Source: Glaucostegus cemiculus (taxonomy: Eukaryota). Taken from it: DNA of 64,000 nucleotides. Both the position numbers and the translations under genes were made by a program. Of this stretch, positions 51,669 through 62,451 are shown piece after piece (positions within the stretch are counted from its first letter, which is position 1; every line of letters starts with the position of its first letter). The notes below the pieces were generated by a model that made no database searches, had not been told where the DNA came from, and worked only from the letters and a program-made list of their open reading frames with translations. The stretch is taken from assembly GCA_976551045.1 (NCBI GenBank), contig CDPCPM010000275.1, positions 3,534,001-3,598,000 on the forward strand, read 5' to 3'.

Positions 51669-52323
51669 ATAGAGGAGCAGATTGGCAGGCAGTGCTTGGA
51701 CAGAAGCAAAGATAATAGAGTTGTAATAATGGGTGATTTCAACTTCCCGAATATAGACTGGGACATGCTCAGTGCCAGAGGTTTGGATGGGAATGAGTTT
51801 GTTAAGTGTGTCCAGGATGGATTTCTGGAGCAGTATGTTGACAAACCGACTAGAGGGAATGCTGTGTTGGATCTGGTTTTAGGAAATGAACCGGGACAGG
51901 TGAGAGATCTACTAGTGGGTGAGCCTCTGGGAGACAGTGATCATTCCTCGATAAGCTTTAGAATTGTCATGGACAGGCATAAGTGCAGGGAGCATAGGAA
52001 GATATTCAATTGGGGTAGGGCAGACTATGAGGCTATAAGGAAAGAGCTTGGGAGTGTAAATTGGGAAGTCCTTTTTGAGGGGATGTGTACTGTAGAGATG
52101 TGGACGTTGTTCAGGGATGTTTTACAGGATGTTGGGGACAGATATGTTCCGGCAAGACGGAGGAAGAATGGAATAGTGAAGGAACCATGGGTGACAAGAG
52201 AGGTAGAAAGACTGGTTAGGAGGAAGAAGGAGGCTTACGTAAGGTGTAAGTGGCAAGGCTCTGATGTGGCCCGTGAGGAGTATAGTATAGTGAGAAGGGA
52301 ACTTAAGAAAGAGCTGAGGAGAG
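51669..52323 (+). mobile_element. Inverted 5' segment of the same CR1 (endonuclease C-terminal half and linker)
   Basis: Open frame IEEQIGRQCLDRSKDNRVVIMGDFNFPNIDW...PTRGNAVLDLVL...GDSDH...ELKKELRR. In ORF2 this lies immediately upstream of LARRVKENPKAF, but here it is on the opposite strand. Confidence 0.95.
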
Positions 52324-52414
52324 TACTTGCCTTGCCCATTACAAAGAGTGCATATTTCCTCTTTGGACATCACCTGACTTTGCCCTTGCCTCGCTTACTA
52401 CTACTGCAATTCTG

Positions 52415-52592
52415 AATAAGTAATGTTGGAAATCTTAAATTAAAAACAGAATATGTCAGAAACATTCAACAGGGCTGATGGTATCTGTGGAAAAAGAAAT
52501 AGTTCTTGGGTCTAGGACCCTTCATCAGATTTGCTCTAATGAAGGGCCCTGTATTTGAAACGTTAATTGTTTCTCTTTCCACAGAGGCACTG
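52415..52592. mobile_element. Foldback element copy with the best-preserved hammerhead half-cores
   Basis: tctgtggaaaaagaaa / tttctctttccacaga arms. Centre cccttcatcaga-tttgc-tctaatgaaggg. Confidence 0.7.
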
Positions 52593-52599
52593 CTCTCAG

Positions 52600-53105
52600 T
52601 TTGACTCATCCAATGCTCTGATCGTCAGACTTCCTCTTCATACTGAGTACAAGTCATCTAAGCTCCAGCTCATATCCTAGCCTAAGTCCATGCAACCATC
52701 ACCCCTGTGCTGCTGACTTATAACAATTCTAAGTTGAGCAACATTTCGGGTTTAAAATTTTCATTCATCTTTCCAAATCCTTGCATGGCTTTGACCCTTC
52801 CTGGGTCTATAAACTGCTCCAGCCCTACAATTTTCAGACAGCTAGGCTCTTCCAATTCCAGCCTCTTTCACAATTGTTCCTGATTTTAATTGCTCCATCA
52901 TTTTCAACCATGCCTTCAGCTGCTTGGACACTAAGTTCTGAAATCCTTCCAGAAACCCTCCACCACAGGTTCTTTGTCCAATTCTTTGACCAAACTTCTA
53001 TCAAAAACCCTAATATCTCCTATTTTGGTTGGATGTTACATTTCATTTGATAACATACATTTCATTATAGTGAGGCACCTGGGGACATTTTAAATCATGT
53101 TAAAC
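52600..53105 (+). mobile_element. L2-clade LINE 3' fragment
   Basis: accatcacccctgtgct...tttaaaattttcattcatctttccaaatccttgcatggc...ccatgccttcagctgc (ITPVL...FKI...F motif). Confidence 0.65.
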
Positions 53106-53289
53106 ATGTTAGGTTGTTGGCAGTTTTATCATTGTATGTAATATTAATTTTAATTGTGTATATTAATATTAATTTCTTATATTTATATTAATATTAATTT
53201 CTTAAATGCCTTTGCAATGTAGACATTCTGATTGTGTGAATATATCAGATCAGTTTCCACTTCTACTATAAATCAGGGAATTTAGATAG

Positions 53290-53563
53290 ATATCATTATT
53301 AGTCATGTGTACATTGAAACACACAGTGAAATGCATCTCATGAAGATTATCCTGGGGGCAGCCCACAAGTGTCGCCATGCTTCTGGTGCCAACGTAGCAT
53401 GCCCACAACTTCCTAACCCTTATGTCTTTGGAATGTGGGAGGAAACTGGAGCACCCAGAGGAAACCCACACAGACACGGGGAGAATGTCCAAACTCCTTA
53501 CAGACAGTGGCCAAAATTGAACCTGGGTCGCTGGCGTTGTAATAGAGTTGCGCTCACCACTAG
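53290..53563 (-). mobile_element. V-SINE
   Basis: tctttggaatgtgggaggaaactggagcacccagaggaaacccacacagacacggggagaatgt is the reverse V-domain. Confidence 0.88.
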
Positions 53564-53799
53564 AATATAATGCCACAGAAGTAATGAAATAATTGCAAGA
53601 CACTTTAATCAAACCAAATTTGCAAGAGTAGCTTGGAAGGAAAGTTCATGGAATGCATTTAAGTTCATTTACCAGAACAATACATCAAGGAACCAGCAAG
53701 AGAATATATTGGCCTAAAAGTGCTGTGCTGTTGAAATAGGCTTAACCCCTCATTAGACCAATTTTGTGCTTATTTTTGGGCATCTTAATATGCAGTGGG

Positions 53800-53851
53800 A
53801 ATTTAAAATTTAAAATTTAAAATTTTATTTACAGCATGGTAACAGGCCCTT
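53800..53851 (-). mobile_element. Extremely 5'-truncated SINE/LINE tail (~50 nt)
   Basis: (atttaaa)n-ttttatttacagcatggtaacaggccctt is the reverse complement of the tail at 41825-41889. Confidence 0.7.
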
Positions 53852-54299
53852 TCTTTGTTAGCATTAGAAACAACATTCTAACATTATAAACTAACATTCA
53901 AAACTCACCCAATGACATCAGCAATAATGCAGTGTGCAATATTTATACCCAGCGTGATTTTAACCACATTGGTCCAAAGAGCACTGGTTGTTTAGTCACT
54001 GAGCATTAAAGGAGCCATGCTGAAACTGCATTTTTGCCAGCTGCTTCTGAACTCTGAAGCCTTGCTGTTCCCTTTGCACAGTCCACACTTAATTCTCAGC
54101 TTTTCTTGCATTCTTAATGACTTCTGTGCACTCCAGACAGATATCCAGTGGGGATTTATATGCACCTCTTGCTGGATGGCATGGAGATGGACCATAGGCT
54201 TCAGAGATATCAGAGGCAGCCATGGGATTCCTGTGGGAGGAGGCACGGAAGAGTACATCAGTCAAGACCTCATCTTCCATCCTCTCATCTCTTTTTAGC

Positions 54300-54495
54300 T
54301 AAACTATCAGGGTTGAGGATGACTTCAGTTCTGTGGGTTCTGAGGTGATTGAAGAGCCCTATGCAGCATCCTCACACAGCCACAGGCGGGGCAGGTGATT
54401 CTTGATGGGATGTGTGTGTCCTTCTAAAAACATCTTGTCACAACAGAGTCCAGAGCAGTACTTGTTACAAGTGCCTCAGGTCAAGTTTGTAGAGA
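54300..54495 (-). mobile_element. RTE-clade LINE 3' end; possibly continues at 55258-55900 past the Rex1
   Basis: Minus strand TCPACGCV...IGLFNHLRTHR (terminal C2H2-like motif, frameshifted). Confidence 0.6.
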
Positions 54496-54497
54496 CG

Positions 54498-55257
54498 TAC
54501 AGGAGTGAGATGGGTCAGCTGGATAAATGATGTCGCAACAACAACCTCGCATTCAATGTCAGCAAGCCAAGGAATTAATTCTGGACTTCAGGGAGGGGAA
54601 GGAGACAACCAGTCCTCATTGAGGGTTCAGCAGTGGAAATAGTGAGCAGCTTCAAATTCCTGGGTGTCAACATCTTGGAGGATCTATCCTGGGCCCAACA
54701 CATTGATGCAATTACAAAGAAGGCATGCCAATGGTTCTACTTCGTCTGGAGTTTGAAAAGATTTGGCATGTCACTGAAGACTCTTACAAATTTCTATATA
54801 TGTACAGTTGAGAGCATTCTGACTGGTTGTTTCACAGCCTGGTCTGGAGCCTCCAATGCACAGGATCATAACAGGCTGCAGAGGGTTATAGTCTCAGCCA
54901 GCTCCATCACGGGCACAACTCTCTCCACCGTCGAGGACATCTTCAAGAGGCAGTGCCTCAAGAAGGCGGCATCTGGGCACTCACCATCTGGGACATGCCC
55001 TCTTCTTATCACTACCATCAGGGAGGAGGTACAGAGGCCTGAAGAATCACACTCAATGATTCAGGAACAGCTTCTTCCCCTCTACCTTCAGATTTCTGAA
55101 CAGTCCATGTGACCCATGAACACTATCTCATTATTCCTTTTCGTTGCACTATTTACTTATTTTTGTAAACTCTAGTAATTTTATATCTTTCGCTGTACTG
55201 TGCCACAAAACAACAAATTTCACGACAAGCGTCAGTGATAATTAGACTGATTCTGAT
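54498..55257 (+). mobile_element. Rex1/Babar LINE 3' fragment
   Basis: ORF 54633-55112 VSSFKFLGVNILEDLSWAQHIDAITKKA. Collinear with 37995-38746. Same gattctga end. Confidence 0.92.
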
Positions 55258-56022
55258 GTGGCCAACACATCAGAGTTGTCTAATTGTTATTTGAGCCTGG
55301 ATGCAAGAGATGTCTGCCTGGGACTGTGTGCTTATGTTGATTTGCCTACCCTGCCATGGATTAGGAGAATTTTACAGGAACTGGTGGGGGTGGTACTTCA
55401 GTGCTTTCAGTGGTCTACTGTATGTCATCTGTGTCTCTGATACACATAAAGTGGCAGGAATCCCTTCTGCTCAATAGACCAGGAGCATAGTGCATGGCTC
55501 TGAGGTCTTAGTCTTTGAACTCTCCTTCCTTAGTGAGGTAAAAACTGTGCTGATGCAGTGAAGAGGGTAGTGAATTTAGGACTTTGCTGAGAGGTGGGTC
55601 CCAAGCTACAGAAAATAAACCATTTTTTCAGGAATTAATTGTGGATCTTGATTGCTGGGAGAAAGGGGAGGGGTGTTGGTGAGGTTGCTGTGTGGTGCGA
55701 CAAGGACAGGTTGGTGGAGGAGCTATATCTTCTGGATATTTAATGTAAGGTCCATTCTTTTCCACACTTGACTGAAGGAGTTAGCAATGGCTTGGAGCTT
55801 GACCTTTGAATGTACACATACACAAGCATTGTCTGTGTGGTGTAAATGTATGACTGAGGTTAAGTGATCTTGGTTCTATCGAGAAGACCTCAAAAGTTGA
55901 CATTATCCTGTTCATCTTATAAATTCACTCCATTCTAGCAGGAAGTTTGTTGGAGATGAATTATATCATGACAGTCAGCAAGAAGATCCTCTGTAATTAT
56001 CACAGTCAAACCTTTCACTATT

Positions 56023-57993
56023 AAGGAACATGGAACAGTTACAGGTACAGGGCCTTCAACCCACAATGTCAATGCTGACCATGATACCAAGTTTAACTAA
56101 TCCCATCTGCTTGCACGTGGTCTATGTCCTTCCATTTCCTGTCTGTTCCTGTGACTGTCTAAATGCCTGTTAAATATTGCTATCATATCTGCTTCCACCA
56201 CTTCCCCTGGCAGCATGTTCCAGGCACCTACCACACCCTGTGTAAAGAAATACACTTGCCATGTAAATCTCCTTCAAACTTACCCCCTCTCACCTTAAAG
56301 CAATGCCTTCTAGTCTATGACATTTTCAGCCTGTGAAAATGACACTCACTCTCTACCTTGTCTATGCTTCTCATAATTTTATATACTTCTATCAGATCAC
56401 CCCTCAGCCTCCATTGCTCCAGAGAAGATGATCCAAGTTTGTCCAGCCTCCCCTTATAGCTAATACTCTCTGCTCCTAAAGGTCTTGCCGTTTAATACAT
56501 ACCTTCCTCTAACATTTGATCCCAGAAAACAACAACTTAAACTTGTCCAAATTAAACTTCATCTGCCATTTCTCTGCCCACATTTCTAACTGATCTACAT
56601 GCTGCTGAAGACTTTGACAACCTTGCTCACTATCCACCACTTCACCAATTTTTGTGTTGTCTGTAAACTTACTAATCAGCCTACCTGCATTTTCATCCAA
56701 TATATATGAACATCACAAATAACACAGTTGCAGCACTGATCCTTGTGGAATACCACTGGCTACAGACTTAGTCAGGATAACACCCCTCCATCACTACCCT
56801 CTGCCTTCTAAGGCCAAGTCAATTTTGAATCCAAGTGACCAAGTCTCCATGGAACCATGTGCCCTAATCTTCTGGTTCAGCCTACCATGAGGGAACTTGT
56901 CGAAAGCTTTACTCAAGTCCTTGTAAACAACATCCACTGCCCTACCCTCATCAATCACCTTCATCACCTCCACAAAAGCTCAATCGAGTTTGTGAAACAT
57001 GACCTCCCATTGCTGACTATCCCTAATATATCTATGCTTTTCCAGTTGTGAGTGGATCCTATCCCTAAGAATCTTCTCCAATAATTTACCTACCTCTGAT
57101 ATAAGTCTCACCAGTCTATGCTTACCTGGTTTGTCTTTACTGTTCTTTTTAAACAGAGGAACAAAATTGACTATTCTCCAGTCCTCTGGGACCTCTCCTG
57201 TGGCTAAAGAGGATTCAAAGATCTTGGTCAAGGCCCCAGCAATCTCCTTTCTTGCCTCTCTCAATAACCTGGGATAGATTCCATCAGGTCTTGAGACATC
57301 CACCTTAATATTCTTCAAGCAACTCAACACCACCACCTTTTTGATGTCAACATGCTCTAGAATATCAGCATACCTCTCCCTGATCACACTATCCTCTACG
57401 TCTTTCTCCCTGGTGAATACCGATGCAAAGTACCTTGCCCATTTCTCTGGCTCCAGGCATAAATTTCCTCGTTTGCTCTAGAGAAGTCCTACCCTCTCCC
57501 TAGTTACCCTCTTGCTTTTAATGTACGTGTAAAATGCTTGGGGATTCTGTTCAATCCTACTTGCCAAGATCATTTCCTGACCCGTTGTAGCCCTCCTGAT
57601 TCCCTGTTTGAGTTCTCTCCTGCTTCCTTTTATATTACTCAAATGCACTGTCCGATTTCAGTTTCCTAAATTTTACCTGCTGTATGTTTTCTTTATCTTT
57701 TTGACTAAATATTGGCAACATCTCCCATCATCCAAGATTTCCAAGCCTTGCGTCCCTTTCTTTCTTCCTGACAGGAACATGTTGGTCCTGAATTCTGACC
57801 AAACTGGCTTTTAAGCAACTTGCACATGTTGGGTGGGGCCCTACCCAATAACAGCTGCTCCCAATCTACTCTCCCCAGCTTCTGCCTAATACTTTTGTAT
57901 TTCGCCTTTCCTAATTTAGCACTTTTCCCTGTGGTCTTATCCTTATTCAGAGCTATCTGATTGCACCTTTCTTATTCCTGAGCTCTACCTATG
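56023..57993 (-). mobile_element. CR1 LINE with internal deletions
   Basis: ORFs 56980-57387 (PDGIYPRLLREARKEIAGALTKIFESSLATGEVPEDWR) and 56509-56700 (ISKFTDNTKIG). Confidence 0.93.
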
Positions 57994-58542
57994 TTAGTAA
58001 TTAGTGTATTATTGTCACATGTACCAAGATACAGTGAAAGCTTTTGTTTGCATGCCAGCCAGACAGATCATTCCATACATTAGTATATTGAGGTGGTACA
58101 AAAGGAAAACAATAACAGAATGCAAAATATAGTGTTACATTTACATGAAGTACAGTGTTGGTAGACAAATAAGATGCAAGGGTCATGACGAGGTAGATTC
58201 AGAGATCAAGAGTTCACCTTTATTGTACAAGGGTATTATAACAGCAGGAAAGCTGTCCCTAAGCCTTGTGGTACATGTTTTCAAGATTTTGTATCTGCTG
58301 CCCGATGGAAGGGAGGAGAAGAGAGAATGACCAGGATGGGAAAGGTCTTTGATTATGTTGGCTGCTTTCCCGAGGCATAGACAGAGTCAGTGGAGGGGGG
58401 GCTAATTTTCGTGATAGACTGGGCTGCATTGACAACTCTGCAGTTGCTTGCAGTTTTGGGCAGAGCAGCTGCAATACTAAGGAGTAACCCGCCAGATAGG
58501 ATGCTTTATATGGTGCATCTGTAAAAATTGGTGAGGGTCATT
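57994..58542 (-). mobile_element. Rex1/Babar 3' fragment nested in CR1 (CR1 resumes ~58543-58580)
   Basis: Homologous to 42600-43172. The flanks gagctctacctatg and ctgcctcactgtatgaaccctccaggatg are contiguous in the related CR1 at 36719-36776. Confidence 0.85.
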
Positions 58543-59009
58543 ACTGCCTCACTGTATGAACCCTCCAGGATGCCCTCTCTAGAAATGGAAATAGGAAAAA
58601 CATTAGCTAAGGTGATTGTGGGCCTTTAACAAACTTAGCAGGAAAAATTTACAGAAATATTTTGAGTCCATCTTTGTGGAGAGCGACAAAGAAAATCTCG
58701 AGGAAATAGTGACGGACTACCTATCCAGAGTTGAAAGAAGTTAACATTAGTTAAAAAAAAGAGTGAAAAGTGATAATGGTCAGAAATTAGAGCAGGAATA
58801 AACTTTTTTTTTCAGTTTGGGAGGTTGTGACTAATGGGTGCTGAAGCCCCATCTAATAATGATCTATTTTAATAATATAGATGAAAGAATTAAGGATAGG
58901 TAGGGGTCTGTGTGGATGATACTCCACTGGAAGAATATGTATAATTTAGTCTTACCAATTAAAGAACTTGTGATTGAGAGTGGAGAAGGTTCACCGAATT
59001 AATCCATTA

Positions 59010-61015
59010 AAAAAATTGAAAGGGCTTTTATAAGTACAAATTAATGTAAAAAGGAAATGGACAACAGAAGTAAACATGGATCCCTTAGAGGCAGAGTCTA
59101 GTGACATTGTAATGAAAAAAATGTCTAACAAATATTTTGTCTGTCCTCACAGTAGACGGCAAAAAGAACATAGCAAAATTTATAGGGCAACCCATGGGTC
59201 TAATTAAAGTGTGGGAACTAAAAGCAATTAGTATTAGTAGAGAAATACTACCAGAGAAATTAGTGGGACTGAAAACAACAATCCCTTTCATTGTTTCTTG
59301 CTGAGGTACTCTCATTGTGTTTCCTCCTTCCTTCAATTTTTTTGGTTATTCTTCACCAGTTAATAAAACCCTTCCAATCCTCAGACATCACAAAATTAGC
59401 AATGTCAGAAGTCTCTTTTAAGAGCATAAGAAATGGTCTACATCCTCAACTTTTAAAAAAAGTGATTGTGTAATTTGTGAATGTGTGGAATTTGATCTTC
59501 CAGAATTCCCTAGGTTCTAGAATGGGTCTTGCAGATTGAAAGGTCACAAATATAACCATTATTTTGAAGAAATGATAGAAGGAAAACAGAAAATTATAAG
59601 TCATTCTGCCTGACTTTAGTAGAGAAATGCTGGAATCTGTGTTTTCAAGAGATATTTACAGTGGTTCTGGAAAATCACAACGCTTGAGTAGTCAACATGG
59701 TATTTTTGAAATGGAATCATGTTTGACACTCTTATTAGAGATTTTTGATTGATGTAACTGCCAGGTTAGATAAGGGAATAGTATGTTTGGATCTCAGAAG
59801 ATGCTGAAAAATGTGCTACATGAGCAGTTTTTACACAAGGTGGAATGATAGGTACGGAGTTAACATGAAGACTTGTTTAATGGATAAAAGACAGAGCAGG
59901 AATAAATGCTTCACTTTTAGGAGGCTGCAGCAAGGGGAATAAAACAAGGAAATGCATGTAATACTCAGCTGGTTAGGCAGCATTTGAGGAGAAAGCTGCC
60001 AGTAGAGAGATGTTAACTGAGTATTTCCGGCATTGTTTTTTTTACTTCATATTTCTACCATCTGTATTTTTTTGATTTTTAATTTCTTTAACTCGGGGAG
60101 TACTGCAAGGATAAGTGCTTGGGCCTTGGTCATTCATTGTCAATGTAAATTACTTGTCTGATGAGATTATATGTGATATATCTAAGTTTGGAGATGGTAC
60201 AAAGCTAGAAAGGATGAAAGCTATGAGGAGGATGCAAAAGGGACAGACAGAACAGGTGTATGGACAAGAAATCTCGGAGATGGTGTATAACATGGAGAAA
60301 TGTGAAATGATGCTTAAGAGTAAAAAGAATGGAAAAGCAGAACAGTTTTTAACAAGTGAAAGTCTATTAAATGCTGGTATTCATTGATATAAGGCAGCTA
60401 TAATGCACAAGTCACAGAAGAGGATGTGAAAGCCACGTTAGTCTTTATTGCAATGAGTTCAGAGTATTAAGTGAAGAGCCTTACTGCATTTATGTAGGAC
60501 TTGGGTGAGATCTCACCTGCAACCCTGTAGCTAGTTTTGGTCTCCCACCCGAGGCCTCTGAGGTGTGCAATGAAGCAACCTGCATGAATCCTTTGTGAGG
60601 CTGACCTATGATGAAAGGTTAAATAGAATTGTTCTCGTTTCCCTGGAGTTTAGATGAATGAGTGGTGATGTCATTGTTAGATAAAATTATAACATGATAT
60701 AATGAGGTGGATTCTGAGAGACTGCTTCCTCATGCTGGAGTACGTTGTACTTTAGGTTATAATCACAGAGTAAAGAGTTGGTCATGGAGGAGTAAGATGA
60801 GAAATTTCTTTACTCGTAAGTGTAGTGAATCTTTGGAATTCTGTGTTTCAGAGGGCTGTGAATGCTGAGGTGATGAGTACATTCGGAACTGAGGTTAATA
60901 TATTTTTGGACGCAGAGTCAGGAAATAGGACAGGAAAGTGAAGGTGATCTGGCAGCTTGGCCATGGCCTTATTGAATGGCATCACCCAAGCTTAATGGAC
61001 AGTATGGCCTACTTT
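59010..61015 (+). mobile_element. Old rearranged CR1 LINE, with a foldback element inserted at ~59935-60085 and an inverted piece at ~59285-59405
   Basis: VLQG*VLGPWSFI...ISKFGDGTKL (~60099-60207), YRTWVRSHL-like (~60495), RMSGDVI-like (~60655). 3' UTR ggccttattgaatggc...tatggcctact. Confidence 0.75.
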
Positions 61016-61188
61016 TCCTAGTTTAGTGTTTCTACATTAATATCAGTAAATATTGAAAGGAAAGCAGAGTTCCTATTCCTCCTCATTGTCTTTGCATATT
61101 CGGTGTATGTTCATTTGATTTGTTCCTTCCTCATATTGCAATTGTGCTTGAAAAATGAAAGTTACCCTGTGTGTATGCCAGAAACAGT

Positions 61189-62451
61189 TAGAACCATAGA
61201 ACAATACAGCACAGTACAGGCCCTTCGGCCCACCATGTTGTGCTGACCTATAAAACCACACCTAAGACTATCTAACCCCTTCCTCCCACATATCCCCCTA
61301 TTTTAAATTCCTCCATATGCTTATCTAACAACCTCCTGAACTTGACCAATGTACCTGCCTCCACCACCACCCAAGGCAGTGCATTCCATGCACCAACCAC
61401 TCTCTGGGTGAAAAACCTCCCTCTGACATCTCCCCTGAACTTCCTATCCATAACCTTAAAGCCATGCCCCCTCGTCTTGCGCATCGGTGCCCTGGAAAAG
61501 AGGCGCTGGCTGTCTACTATATATATTCCTCTCAATATTTTATACACATCTATCAAGTCTCCCCTCATCCTCCTCCTCTCCAACAAGTAAAGCCCTAGCG
61601 CCTTAAGCCTCTCCTCATATTCCATACTCTCTAATCCAGGCAGCATCCTGGTAAATCTCCTCTGCACCCTCTCCAACACCTTCACATCCTTCCTATAATG
61701 CTGCGACCAGAAATGAACACAGTACTCTAAGTGCGGCCTAACTAGAGTTTTGTAAAGCCGCATCATCACTTCGAGTCTCTTAAACTCGATCCCACGACTT
61801 CTGAATGCTAACATCCCATAGGGCTTCTTAACTGCCCTATCCACTTGCAAGGCCACTTTCAGTGAAGTGTGGATATGTACCCCCAGATTCCTCTGCTCCT
61901 CTACACTGCCCAGTACCTTGCCATTTACCTTGTACTCCACCCTGGGGTTTGTCCTTCCAAAGTGTACCACCTCACACTTCTTCTGTAAGTTCTGACAACC
62001 CTCCACACTATCCACCACACTGCTGATCTTAGTGTCATCCGCAAACTTATTAACCCAGCCTTCCACCCCCTCATCTAAGTCATCTATAAATATAACAAAA
62101 AGTAGATGTCCCAGAACCGATCCCTGCGGGACACCACTAGTCACAGCCCTCCAATCCAAGGGTACTCCCTCCACCACAACCCTCTGCTTTCTACAGGCAA
62201 GCCAATTCCTAATCCACACAGCCAAGCTTCCCTGAATCCCTTGACCTCTGACCTTCTGAAGAAGCCTACCATGAGGAACCTTATCAAACACCTTACTAAA
62301 ATCCATGTAGCCCTCATCCACCGCACTGCCCTCATCCATCTCCATCGTCACCTCCTCAAAGAACTCTATCAGGCTTGTGAGGCAAGACCTTCCCATCACA
62401 AAGCCATGCTGGCTGTCCCTAATCAGACCATTATTCTCTAGGTGTTCATAG
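61189..62451 (-). mobile_element. Young 5'-truncated CR1, close relative of 49818-51668
   Basis: ORF 61272-62399 is collinear with the 588-aa ORF and has an in-frame deletion after FADD. Tail tagaaccatagaacaatacagc. Confidence 0.96.

Noticed and set aside
49943-51844. Antisense ORFs overlapping the CR1 copies (also 61342-62441)
   Set aside because: Shadow frames of LINE coding sequence with no independent evidence.
51696-52415. 239-aa plus ORF and 588-aa minus ORF as a divergent two-gene nuclease/RT system
   Set aside because: They are consecutive parts of one CR1 ORF2 split by an inversion. There is no room for a promoter between them, the endonuclease lacks its N-terminal half, and the last ~30 aa are flank read-through.
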